Positions 19,518-28,883 of a stretch of 64,000 bases of DNA are shown here, piece after piece (position 1 is the first letter of the stretch; each line of letters opens with the position of its first letter). A program made the translations under genes and the position numbers. Under the pieces are notes generated by a model. It ran no database searches, was not told the origin of the DNA, and was given only the letters and a program-made list of their open reading frames with translations. Source of the stretch: Chitinophagales bacterium. Lineage in GTDB: Bacteria; Bacteroidota; Bacteroidia; Chitinophagales; JADJOU01. The stretch covers positions 19,673 to 83,672 of the forward strand of contig JALOMB010000001.1 in the NCBI GenBank assembly GCA_025455685.1. Direction: 5' to 3'.

Positions 19518-20300
19518 TTAATTATAAATAAAATACCTACCTTTATCTGAAATACCTACATTTGGTAAAATTCTATTTTTTTCGAAATATTCGTAAATTA
19601 ATTTCATATCACTCCAGAATTCTATCATTTTAAAATTGTCTTTGAAGTAATCCGATTTTAATTTGTTGAAATTTTTATCCGTTAAACGAGCTGGGAAAAT
19701 ATGAATAGGAATTTCGGAAATATTATATAACTTATTGAAAATCAAATTAGTTATGAAAATTTCTTCAATAAGACTATCTGTCATTGGCAAACATCCTACA
19801 GTTTCACATTTACCATGAATATAGATATCACCACCTGGATTTTTGCTATTAAAATATAAATCACTTTGATTAGGATAATTAACTCGAAGTGATAAATGAT
19901 ATTTCGAGTTTGGATTAAATTCTGTAATAGAATAGACACCTTCTGGTATCTGAAAATCTCCTGAACGTCTCTTAGGTCCTAAGTCTCCTACAGTTTCGCA
20001 AATTGGATAGGTTTTTATCAAAATATAACGCATAGAATCAGGTGCATATGCCCATAATTCTAATTGTTTATTAAATTTATACGCTCGCCAAAAAGGTTTT
20101 GAGTTTTCTAAATTATAAATTTTTTTATCTGAAAACATTTTATTAACTTTCAAGATATGACTATCATAAATTGGTTTAATTTTGGGATTTGATACTAGAT
20201 ATGTCTGTAAGCCATTCATTACATCAGAATTTATTTTCTGAGCATAAGATTGGGTGCTACAGATAAATCCAAAACAAAGTAAAACTACTAAATATTTCAT
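19518..20300 (-). CDS. L,D-transpeptidase (YkuD) family protein, secreted
   Basis: YIHGKCETVGCLPM (His...Gly-Cys active site). Signal peptide MKYLVVLLCFGFICSTQSYAQ begins at the ATG at 20300. The listed TTG extension contains the -7 box at 20326..20333. Confidence 0.65.
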   Translation of the reverse strand: MKYLVVLLCFGFICSTQSYAQKINSDVMNGLQTYLVSNPKIKPIYDSHILKVNKMFSDKKIYNLENSKPFWRAYKFNKQLELWAYAPDSMRYILIKTYPICETVGDLGPKRRSGDFQIPEGVYSITEFNPNSKYHLSLRVNYPNQSDLYFNSKNPGGDIYIHGKCETVGCLPMTDSLIEEIFITNLIFNKLYNISEIPIHIFPARLTDKNFNKLKSDYFKDNFKMIEFWSDMKLIYEYFEKNRILPNVGISDKGRYFIYN

Positions 20301-20325
20301 ATTTCTAAATTTAATTTCTGAAACG

Positions 20326-20333
20326 CAAAAGTA
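20326..20333 (-). promoter_or_regulatory. -7 box (TACTTTTG on minus strand) for ldt-ybeY-mnmG unit
   Basis: Plus strand CAAAAGTA; 26 nt upstream of the ATG at 20300. Confidence 0.4.
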
Positions 20334-20673
20334 ACACAAAATTATTATTATATATTTTATTTACTTTTAATGTAATAATATTATAATAATATATAGTGTG
20401 TGAATTTGTGAAAACAAATAAAATTATACACTTGATTTTTTAATTATACACATTTTTATATTTAATAATAGCTTAATCTATTAGTAAATATAAGCTATGA
20501 ATTATTATTTCAAATTTATGTTAATTTAAAATTGTGGAAATTTATAGCTTATGTGTATTTAGAATTTTGGTGGAAAAACATGAAGAAATTTATGTATAAA
20601 AAGTAGAATATTTTTATTTTTCATATTATGCTCACATGCATCACTTTTAATTCACATACCAATCAACATAGAT

Positions 20674-20979
20674 TTATCCAAATAAATTCAAACCAGGTAT
20701 ATTAGGTACAATATCTTTTAGTTCCTTTAAAACATAATTTTGAGATTGATTTAAGCCTTCTTTTATCGTATTTAATAAAACCTCCTCTTGTTTAGATTTA
20801 TCCAATGAATGAAATTCATCACTTAGTTTCAAATCCAATAAATGTTTTTGTCCATTAAAGATACAGTTCACATATTTTTGCTCCTTATCTTGTATAGGTA
20901 AGCGATAATCTGATGATCGAGTCATGAAGTCTTTGGCTTTTGTTTTCAAATCACCAAACATAGAAAATAAATCAAACAT
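20674..20979 (-). CDS. ybaB: YbaB/EbfC family nucleoid-associated protein
   Basis: About 100 aa, N-terminal MFGDLK...K-rich helix and Bacteroidota-typical C-terminus VPNIPGLNLFG. Confidence 0.6.
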   Translation of the reverse strand: MFDLFSMFGDLKTKAKDFMTRSSDYRLPIQDKEQKYVNCIFNGQKHLLDLKLSDEFHSLDKSKQEEVLLNTIKEGLNQSQNYVLKELKDIVPNIPGLNLFG

Positions 20980-21003
20980 AATTTAAAAATTTAAAATGAA
21001 AAA

Positions 21004-22062
21004 TTAAGGGTTATAATATATGCCACTAATAGTATCTTTATGGCTACCGGTAGCAGTTTTGATACAATTGATACGATCTAAAAGATATAAATATCCAAAA
21101 TAAGCCATGCCAATACTCTCTTTGTTATCTATTAGAACTGAATCTACATACAAAAGTTTAGCTTTACTATAAGATAAAATTTCTTTAACCAAAAATTTAT
21201 TGTGACCGCCACCTCCTGTTATCATAATTGTAGCATCTTGAGCAATATATTTAGATAACTGAAAGGCGATATGATGAACATAGGTATGAAGTAAATCAGC
21301 AATATTTTCACGATTAAATCTATTTAAAATTTCTCTATGATACATAGAAAAACTATTGTCTAATGATTTAGGTATTTTTTTGGAAAAGTAGTCCATTTGA
21401 TTTAATAAATCAAATACATGGGGTAAAAATTTACCTTGAATCCCTATAGAACCTTCATTATCATAAGGTAGTCCCAATTGATTGGCGAGATAATTCAAGA
21501 TTTGATTACACAAACAAACATCAAATGAGTTTATAATTTCTCCTTTTATAGATAGATTAGCTATACCACCAAGGTTGATACATATTTCTGTATCTGGAAA
21601 AAAATCAAGATCAAAAATAGTAATAATCGGTGCACCTTGGCCACCATTACAGATATCTCTATTTCTCAAATCTCCTAAAACAGGTATATTTAATTGCGAT
21701 GCTATATATTGATGATTGGAGAGCTGAAGACTATAAAAATCCTCAGGTTTATGTAATATAGTATGACCATGATTTACGATTAATGCAATGTCTATATCTT
21801 TTGAAGGAAGTTTTTTTAGAAAATTCTGAATAGACGAAAGGGTAAATAAAGTAAATTCTTTTTCTATTTGTTTATAGGTATTTATATCTGATTTAGTAAT
21901 CAAAGACAAAGAATGACTCAAAGAATCAGGAAAACTAAATGTATCAACCGATATAATGTTTAACGCTTGAGGATTTTGATCATTAAAATTCACTAAAGCT
22001 ATATCAAGTCCATCTAGAGACGAGCCTGACATTAAGCCAATGATATTTTTTGCGTTTTTCAT
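21004..22062 (-). CDS. anmK: anhydro-N-acetylmuramic acid kinase
   Basis: IIGLMSGSSLDGLDIALV N-terminal motif, ITGGGGHN. I prefer the ATG at 22062 over the listed GTG at 22110, which adds 16 non-conserved residues. Confidence 0.8.
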   Translation of the reverse strand: MKNAKNIIGLMSGSSLDGLDIALVNFNDQNPQALNIISVDTFSFPDSLSHSLSLITKSDINTYKQIEKEFTLFTLSSIQNFLKKLPSKDIDIALIVNHGHTILHKPEDFYSLQLSNHQYIASQLNIPVLGDLRNRDICNGGQGAPIITIFDLDFFPDTEICINLGGIANLSIKGEIINSFDVCLCNQILNYLANQLGLPYDNEGSIGIQGKFLPHVFDLLNQMDYFSKKIPKSLDNSFSMYHREILNRFNRENIADLLHTYVHHIAFQLSKYIAQDATIMITGGGGHNKFLVKEILSYSKAKLLYVDSVLIDNKESIGMAYFGYLYLLDRINCIKTATGSHKDTISGIYYNP

Positions 22063-22184
22063 TTGCAAAAGAACTTTTTTTTTTAGATAAGGAACTATGT
22101 TAATTTCCACAAGTTAAGAAAAAGTAAACAATTTGTATTTAATTATATACAGAATAAGTTAAAGAAGGAAAGAAATTTTTTTAT

Positions 22185-22192
22185 TATATTTG
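22185..22192 (+). promoter_or_regulatory. -7 box TATATTTG for lemA
   Basis: TAnnTTTG match 16 nt upstream of the ATG at 22208. Confidence 0.45.
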
Positions 22193-22207
22193 CAAAAACA
22201 TAACGCT

Positions 22208-22783
22208 ATGAACAAAATATATTTAATTTTCTTGATTTTAGGTACTTTTTTGGTATCTTCATGTGGCTATAATGACATGGTAACTAAATCAGAAATGGTT
22301 CAAAAACAATGGGGAAATCTTCAATCTGCTTATCAAAGAAGATTAGATTTAATTCCTAATTTAGTAGAAACGGTAAAAGGAGAAGCAAAATTCGAACAAT
22401 CTACGCTGACAGAAGTAGTAAATGCAAGAGCTAAAGCGACATCTATTACCATTGACCCGTCAAAATCATCTCCTGAACAACTCATGGCATATCAAGAATC
22501 TCAAGGACAGCTCAGTCAAGCATTAGGAAAGTTATTATCCATATCAGAAAACTATCCAACCCTTCAAACAAACGCAAGCTTCAAATCCCTCAAAGTAGAA
22601 ATTGAAGGTACAGAAAATAGAATTCAAACAGAAAGAAACAAGTATAATGAAGCAGTAAATGAATATAATTCTTTTATAAAACAAATCCCTCAAAGTTTCT
22701 TTGCAGGACAATTTGGATTTACACCTAAGCCTTATTTCGAAGCAGAAAAAGCTGCAAGTCAAGCGCCAAAAGTTCAATTCTAA
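22208..22783 (+). CDS. lemA: LemA family lipoprotein
   Basis: Lipobox LVSSC; QWGNLQSAYQRRLDLIPNLV...ENYPTLQTN...ENRI LemA signature. The listed TTG start (22190) sits inside the -7 box at 22185..22192. Confidence 0.8.
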   Translation: MNKIYLIFLILGTFLVSSCGYNDMVTKSEMVQKQWGNLQSAYQRRLDLIPNLVETVKGEAKFEQSTLTEVVNARAKATSITIDPSKSSPEQLMAYQESQGQLSQALGKLLSISENYPTLQTNASFKSLKVEIEGTENRIQTERNKYNEAVNEYNSFIKQIPQSFFAGQFGFTPKPYFEAEKAASQAPKVQF

Positions 22784-22790
22784 GCGATAA

Positions 22791-23216
22791 ATGTATTTAA
22801 AAAAAAGAGAACTTAAGCGCTTAGTATCCAATATACAAGACTTAGAGTCAAAAACTAATTGTGAATTAAGAATTCATATAGACAAGCGATTGAATACATC
22901 AAATTCTTTGTATGAAGCCAAAAGAGTTTTTAAGAAGTACAAAATGTATGAAACAAAAGAAAGAAACGGTATATTACTTTATATAGCCATTAGAATAAAT
23001 CAAATTGCCATTTTTGAGGATATTGGATTAAGTAAAATACTCAGTGAAGATTTTCTAAGACAAAGTATTGATAAGGTAATGCCAAAATTTAAAGCAGGTA
23101 AATATTGCAATGCTATAGAAGAAATCATAGAAATCATCGCACCAAAGGTGATACAGGCCTATCCTAAAACTTCAGAAAATCAAAATGAACTCAGTAATGA
23201 AATTTCCTTTACATAA
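22791..23216 (+). CDS. TPM domain-containing protein
   Basis: Standard LemA-TPM-TPM gene order; NGILLYIA...IAIFED core typical of TPM/DUF477. Confidence 0.55.
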   Translation: MYLKKRELKRLVSNIQDLESKTNCELRIHIDKRLNTSNSLYEAKRVFKKYKMYETKERNGILLYIAIRINQIAIFEDIGLSKILSEDFLRQSIDKVMPKFKAGKYCNAIEEIIEIIAPKVIQAYPKTSENQNELSNEISFT

Positions 23217-23979
23217 AGCAATTAAATTAGGCGTTGTAATAGTTCAAATATGCTTTAGTTCTAACTTATGGGCACAAGCAAATAAATCAGTAAATTTTGG
23301 TGAAGTTCTCGCTAAGCCAAATACGCCGTCTTTGTTGATAGACGAAGCGGATTTGCTCAATGCGGAAGAAGAAAACAAATTATTAGAATTTCTTCATGTT
23401 TATCAAGATTCGACCTCAAATGAACTCTTAGTACTTACCGTAAAAAGTCTAAATGGTCTTAGACCGTATGAATATGCAACACAGATAGGCGTAAACTGGG
23501 CAGTAGGCGATAAAGAAAAAGACAATGGTATCGTATTTCTCATAGCGCCAAACGAAAGAAAAGCCTTTATCGCTACAGGTTATGGACTTCAAAGCAGATT
23601 AACAGACTATCAAGCGAAAGAAATTTTGGATCAGTTAGTCATGCCTTATTTCAAGAAATCTCAATATTTTCAAGGAATAGCAAACGGAATAATTGCAATA
23701 ACCGCTCAAATTCAAGGAGAATATATTCAAGATAAACCAATTGATGAGTCATCAGGCCAAGGAATTCCTTTTTGGTTGATTATTATCATTATACTTTTAG
23801 TGTATTTTTGGTCCAAAAAAAGCCGCTTTAATCCATATCATACGACCATTGGAAGAGGCTTAATGGGAGGAAGTCATAGTCCTTGGTTTGATATGAATTC
23901 ATCAGGGGGATCATCAAGAGGCGGATTTGATTTCGGAGGCGGAGATTTCGGAGGAAGTGGTGCAGAAAGTAGTTGGTAA
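23185..23979 (+). CDS. TPM domain-containing protein (YgcG-like) with TM helix and Gly-rich tail
   Basis: Signal peptide, NGIVFLIAPNERKAFIATGYGL core, TM FWLIIIIILLVYFW, C-terminal GGFDFGGGDFGGSGAESSW. Confidence 0.65.
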   Translation: MNSVMKFPLHKAIKLGVVIVQICFSSNLWAQANKSVNFGEVLAKPNTPSLLIDEADLLNAEEENKLLEFLHVYQDSTSNELLVLTVKSLNGLRPYEYATQIGVNWAVGDKEKDNGIVFLIAPNERKAFIATGYGLQSRLTDYQAKEILDQLVMPYFKKSQYFQGIANGIIAITAQIQGEYIQDKPIDESSGQGIPFWLIIIIILLVYFWSKKSRFNPYHTTIGRGLMGGSHSPWFDMNSSGGSSRGGFDFGGGDFGGSGAESSW

Positions 23980-23982
23980 TAT

Positions 23983-26367
23983 ATGATTGCGTCTATAGAG
24001 GATTTTTTGGATTGTATTGAGCCGACAGACGTAGTCATACGTGTCGAGAAAGAACCAATTCAAGATGTATTTATAGACACAAGACAATACCATCAAAAGA
24101 TAGGCCATTATTTTTTCTGTTTGCCCGGTCAGAGATTTACAATTTATGATTTATTAGAAAAAATAAATCATCTAGGAATTTCCCAGGTAGTTACTTGGCA
24201 TGGATATAGAGAAATTATAGAAAAATCAACGATTAATGCAAATTTTTATTTTGTAGATGATACTATAGATGCATTGCAGCGATTAAGTATCTTTCATAGA
24301 AATAAATTTTCGATTCCTGTAATAGGAATTACCGGATCAAATGGTAAAACAACCGTAAAAGAATGGCTTTATGAGATTCTTCACGAAGACTTCAAGGTCT
24401 GTATTACGCCAAAAAGTTATAATTCACAAATAGGCGTAGCCTTAAGCGTACTAAAACTAAAACCATATCATAATCTAGCTATTTTCGAAGCAGGAATCAG
24501 TAAATATGGAGAAATGGAAAAGCTAGCGCGCATGATTCAACCTACCCTAGGGTTATTTCTAAATCTAGGACAAGCGCACAGTACAGGATTTAAATCGAAA
24601 CAAGATAAGTTAAAAGAAAAATTAAAATTATTTGAACATTGTCCATTTTTAATCAATAAAAACTTTCAAGATGAAATAGAGAAGCATTTTAAACCAAGGT
24701 ATTTTGATAGACAGACTATTTTAGAAAAATTAAACCTAAGCTTACAAGACCTCTATAGAAATTTAACGACTCAAGATTATGTCTCTTTAGAAAATCGCTT
24801 AAGTGTATGTTTGATATTAGATGCACTAAATCTTCCTGTGAGCAAATATTTAGAAAAAATACAGAATCTTCAGCCGATTAAAATGCGCACAGAAATTATT
24901 TCAGGAAATTATGATATTCAAATAATCAATGATACCTATAGTTCTGATGCTGAGAGTTTAATTCACGCTTGTTCTATCTTAGACCAAATTAACGATCAAA
25001 GAAAGAAATCATTAGTAGTTACAGATTTTCATGAAAGTCAGGGTCAAGAGATTTATCAAGTCTTGAGACAAATAATTCAAAATCAAGGGTTTTATATAGT
25101 TGTAACTATAGGCGAAATGTCGAAAATAGCCTTATCAAATATGAAAATCCAATCAAAACGCTATCATTATGAAACCGTTTTAGACTTTGAGCAGGACTTT
25201 GATATGACTTTGTTTGCTCAGCAAACGGTATTGTTCAAAGGAACTAAGCGATTTAGACTAGATAGATTAGTTAGAAAAATTCAGCGCAAAACGCATGATG
25301 CTCAGCTCTTAGTCAATTTATCCCAAATAAGAGAAAATATACAAATTTTAAAGAATAAACTAAATACCAAAACGAAACTCATGCTCATGCTTAAAGCAAA
25401 TGCCTATGGCGTAGGGTCGTTGGAAATAGCGAAAACATTCGAAGATAATATCGTAGATTATTTCGCAGTAGCCTATTTAGATGAAGCTATTAAATTAAGA
25501 AATAAAGGCATAGTAAAACCGATACTTTTGATCAATCCAAATTTAGAAGATATTCAAAGAATGATTAATTATCAAATTCAAGTAGAGATATTTTCGATAT
25601 CACAACTCAAAAAAATAGCGCAAATCGACCAAAGTATTACGATTCATCTAAAAATTGACACAGGAATGCACCGATTAGGTTTTGATATAGATGAACGAAA
25701 TGAAATATTTGACATCTTAGAAAAAAACCCACAGATTAAAGTAGAATCCATTTTTTCACACTTAGCAGCTAGTGAAGAGAAGATTCATGATAAATTTACG
25801 AAAAGTCAAGCGCATTTATTAAAAGATTTTTATGAAGATTTTTTGAAGCATTTTCCTGAAAAACCTCGACCATTTTGCCATATTCTAAATTCACAAGGGA
25901 TTAAAAATCATATAGATTTACAAGAAGATATAGTACGAGTAGGCATTGGCATGTTTGGAATAGGATATGAAGACTTGAATTTTCCGCTAAAACTTAAAGC
26001 GAATATTGTACAAATAAAAACAGTAGCCAAAGGAGAATCAATAGGCTATGGACGAAAAGGTTTAGTCCAAGAAAATACCAAAATAGCTATCGTAAATATA
26101 GGCTATGCAGATGGGTATAGTAGAATATTTGGAAATGGTAAAGCACAGGTATATATCAATGGAAAAAGGTATAATACGATAGGTCAAATATCAATGGATT
26201 TGCTAGCCGTAGATCTAAAAACAGATGAAATCGAGGAAAATACAGAAGTTGAGCTGTTTGGCGAACATATACCTATTGAAGAATTATCGGAGCTAGCACA
26301 AACAATTCCTTATGAAATGCTCACAAGGATATCGAGTAGAATTCCTAAAGTCTATTTTTTTGACTAA
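23983..26367 (+). CDS. bifunctional UDP-N-acetylmuramoyl-tripeptide--D-alanyl-D-alanine ligase / alanine racemase (MurF-Alr fusion)
   Basis: N-half has the Mur ligase P-loop GITGSNGKTT. C-half has the alanine racemase PLP site MLKANAYGVG and ...GYADGY. Confidence 0.85.
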   Translation: MIASIEDFLDCIEPTDVVIRVEKEPIQDVFIDTRQYHQKIGHYFFCLPGQRFTIYDLLEKINHLGISQVVTWHGYREIIEKSTINANFYFVDDTIDALQRLSIFHRNKFSIPVIGITGSNGKTTVKEWLYEILHEDFKVCITPKSYNSQIGVALSVLKLKPYHNLAIFEAGISKYGEMEKLARMIQPTLGLFLNLGQAHSTGFKSKQDKLKEKLKLFEHCPFLINKNFQDEIEKHFKPRYFDRQTILEKLNLSLQDLYRNLTTQDYVSLENRLSVCLILDALNLPVSKYLEKIQNLQPIKMRTEIISGNYDIQIINDTYSSDAESLIHACSILDQINDQRKKSLVVTDFHESQGQEIYQVLRQIIQNQGFYIVVTIGEMSKIALSNMKIQSKRYHYETVLDFEQDFDMTLFAQQTVLFKGTKRFRLDRLVRKIQRKTHDAQLLVNLSQIRENIQILKNKLNTKTKLMLMLKANAYGVGSLEIAKTFEDNIVDYFAVAYLDEAIKLRNKGIVKPILLINPNLEDIQRMINYQIQVEIFSISQLKKIAQIDQSITIHLKIDTGMHRLGFDIDERNEIFDILEKNPQIKVESIFSHLAASEEKIHDKFTKSQAHLLKDFYEDFLKHFPEKPRPFCHILNSQGIKNHIDLQEDIVRVGIGMFGIGYEDLNFPLKLKANIVQIKTVAKGESIGYGRKGLVQENTKIAIVNIGYADGYSRIFGNGKAQVYINGKRYNTIGQISMDLLAVDLKTDEIEENTEVELFGEHIPIEELSELAQTIPYEMLTRISSRIPKVYFFD

Positions 26368-26378
26368 AAAAAAATGTT

Positions 26379-26386
26379 TATCTTTG
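26379..26386 (+). promoter_or_regulatory. -7 box TATCTTTG for 26406..27533
   Basis: TAnnTTTG match 20 nt upstream of the ATG. Confidence 0.4.
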
Positions 26387-26405
26387 TTTATTTTAAATTT
26401 TATAT

Positions 26406-27533
26406 ATGATTAAGATTGTACCAATAGATTTAATGGACAAAAAGCAGAAGAAACTATTTGTTGATTATGATTATGAGATTTATCGAGACAATCCATATTG
26501 GGTAGCGCCTCTGAGAATGGATATAGAAGAGCGGCTAAATCCCAAAAAACACCCATTTTATCAAAACGCTTCTATTCAGGCTTTTTTGGCTTATAGAAAC
26601 GACAAAATCGTGGGTCGTATAGCAGCGATAAATAATGAAAAATACAATGAATTTCATAATTCAAAAGTTGGTTTTTTTGGTTTCTTTGAATGTATCAACG
26701 ACGTAGAAGTAGCTCGAGAATTAATTCATGCAGCCAAACAATGGAACAAAAACAATGGTGTAGAAATCATGCAAGGTCCTGTGAATCCATCCACAAATTA
26801 TGAATCAGGGCTTTTAACCAAAGGATTTGAGGATCCACCTAGATTAATGATGGCATATAATCCAGAATACTACAAAGATATATTGCTTCAAGCAGGCCTT
26901 AACACCAAAATGACTATGTTTGCCTATAAAATGGAAAAAGACAAAGTTTATAATGATCCTAAACTCACTAGAATCAAAGATATAGCCTTAAAAAGAGCCA
27001 AAATTAAAATTAGAAATCTCGATAAAAAAAATTTAGAAAATGAAATCGTTCAAATAAAAAAAATATATAATATCGCATGGGAAAATAATTGGGGCTTTGT
27101 ACCGATGAGTGACAGAGAATTCGACAAGCTTGCCAATGAACTAAAACTCATAGTAGATGAAGATTTGGTACCAATATTAGAAAATGAAGCCGGAGAAATC
27201 ATTGGATTTGGAATTTCCTTACGAGATATCAATCAAATTATACAATCCTTTAATGGAAAATTATTTCCGTTTAACTTTCTAAAGCTTTTTTATCAAAAGA
27301 AAAAAATGACTTGGATTAGAGTGATACTTTTAGGGATTTTGCCACAATATCATGGAAAAGGATTAGACGCAAGTTTATATACTCATATCATAGAAGCAGC
27401 TTTAAAAAGAAATATTAATTTAGCTGAGGCATCATGGATTTTAGAAACTAATGAAGCGATGAATGCCGGTTTAAAAGTAGTCAGTGGAGAAATTTACAAG
27501 ACCTATGAAATATTTGAAACGCCAATAGACTAA
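26406..27533 (+). CDS. GNAT-like acyltransferase family protein (two-domain), function unknown
   Basis: Recalled conserved family pattern NPYWVAPL...VGRIAAINN...FGFFEC...GPVNPSTNYESG; -7 box upstream; weak assignment. Confidence 0.4.
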   Translation: MIKIVPIDLMDKKQKKLFVDYDYEIYRDNPYWVAPLRMDIEERLNPKKHPFYQNASIQAFLAYRNDKIVGRIAAINNEKYNEFHNSKVGFFGFFECINDVEVARELIHAAKQWNKNNGVEIMQGPVNPSTNYESGLLTKGFEDPPRLMMAYNPEYYKDILLQAGLNTKMTMFAYKMEKDKVYNDPKLTRIKDIALKRAKIKIRNLDKKNLENEIVQIKKIYNIAWENNWGFVPMSDREFDKLANELKLIVDEDLVPILENEAGEIIGFGISLRDINQIIQSFNGKLFPFNFLKLFYQKKKMTWIRVILLGILPQYHGKGLDASLYTHIIEAALKRNINLAEASWILETNEAMNAGLKVVSGEIYKTYEIFETPID

Positions 27534-27536
27534 ATT

Positions 27537-28859
27537 ATGAAAAAAAACCTTTGGATTTTTCTCTACATATTACCAAATTTGCTTTTAGCACAAATAGAAT
27601 CGAATTACGAAGTCGTTTATCAAAAAAAATTAATTAATCCTAATATAAAACTTATTAGCGATGAGGACTTTTATTCTACGGTTCAAAACAAAGGCTTATC
27701 TCAGGAAACATGGAGTATTCAAGGTAACAAAACCTTTATCGAAAATGAAGAAAGATATTTAGAAATTGATCAAACAGTAGGAAAAATAAATGTATTGAGC
27801 AAAACATCTGCCGATTCTATTATAGAACTCAATAGTGCTTATTTTGATGAAAATTATAAATTGGTAAGTATTGACTCATCCCTTTTATCAAGCAATATGC
27901 TCATATATAAATATAAATCGGCTTTTTCATCGACTTTCTTAGTATATTTTTTAGAATCGCCCAAGGTATCTAGTCAAGCTATGAACAATTATAATAAATA
28001 TGGATTTAGCGATTTTGTAAGAAGAACTCAGACCTTACCTTTTAGAATAGATGTTTTTTCAAGTTTTGAGAATTTTAGACTTCATCAGATAAAAGAAACA
28101 AATAAGCCTCTTAAAACCTATAATTTACAAACGTTATTTTTAGAAAAGGTAGACAAATTTAAAAAACAAGGAAAATCCATTAATCTTTCAGAGCCTAAGG
28201 CAAAACCCGAAAATAATTTTAAACCAGACATTCCAAAAAGAATAGACCCGTCGAAAGCGGCTACTATGACCCCTGATGAGATAAAGGATATCAAAAACAA
28301 TAAAGAAAAACCAACAATTGCTCCTAAGAATTCAGAATCTAAACCAAAAATTGAAGAAAAACCAAAACCTAAAACAGAACCGACCAATAAAAAGACTGAT
28401 ACAGAAATTAAAAACAAAACAGAAAACAAAGCTGTAGATAAACCCAAAACAGAGCCAAAAGAACTAAATCAACCAAAACTAGATAAAAATCAAAAGCCAG
28501 ATATAACCATCAAAAACAAAGAAAAAGAAATCAAAGAGTTTAAAGAAAAAGTCAAAGAAACCAATAAAGAAAAAAATAATCCAAGAAATTTTAGAGAAAT
28601 CAACGTTTCAGAGGAGATTAAAAAGGTAAAACTCGAAAAACAACCAATAGACTCGAAAACGACTCAAAAGCCAGCGAAAACGGAAACAAACAAAAATTCA
28701 AATAAAGAAAATTCGCCAAGCAAATTAAAAGAAACTTCTCAAAAAGAAAAGGAATCAAAAACAACACCAAAAACGGACATAAAAAAAGAAATAAAGCCTG
28801 AGAAAAAATCAAATCAGACAAAAGAAGTGAAAGAGGAAAACAAGCCAAAAAGCAAATAA
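27537..28859 (+). CDS. secreted protein with about 230-aa Lys/Glu/Pro/Thr-rich low-complexity C-terminal tail, function unknown
   Basis: Signal peptide MKKNLWIFLYILPNLLLAQ, globular N-half of about 200 aa, then a KPK/KTE/KEK-rich tail running to the stop. Confidence 0.5.
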   Translation: MKKNLWIFLYILPNLLLAQIESNYEVVYQKKLINPNIKLISDEDFYSTVQNKGLSQETWSIQGNKTFIENEERYLEIDQTVGKINVLSKTSADSIIELNSAYFDENYKLVSIDSSLLSSNMLIYKYKSAFSSTFLVYFLESPKVSSQAMNNYNKYGFSDFVRRTQTLPFRIDVFSSFENFRLHQIKETNKPLKTYNLQTLFLEKVDKFKKQGKSINLSEPKAKPENNFKPDIPKRIDPSKAATMTPDEIKDIKNNKEKPTIAPKNSESKPKIEEKPKPKTEPTNKKTDTEIKNKTENKAVDKPKTEPKELNQPKLDKNQKPDITIKNKEKEIKEFKEKVKETNKEKNNPRNFREINVSEEIKKVKLEKQPIDSKTTQKPAKTETNKNSNKENSPSKLKETSQKEKESKTTPKTDIKKEIKPEKKSNQTKEVKEENKPKSK

Positions 28860-28883
28860 AAAAAGACAAAATAAGCAAAAAAA

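Noticed and set aside
20301-20339. TTG/GTG N-terminal extensions in the ORF track (also at 9667..9672, 22190..22207, 57184..57219, 58443..58451, 22063..22110)
   Set aside because: In each case a signal peptide or conserved N-terminus starts at a downstream ATG. Where a -7 promoter box could be identified (no such box was found for 22063..22110), it lies in or abuts the extension. I shortened the genes and did not treat these as unusual leaders.
28200-28859. Possible tandem-repeat or CRISPR-like periodic DNA in the A-rich region
   Set aside because: There is no fixed-length unit and no repeat/spacer alternation. It is a continuous open reading frame encoding low-complexity K/E/P/T sequence.
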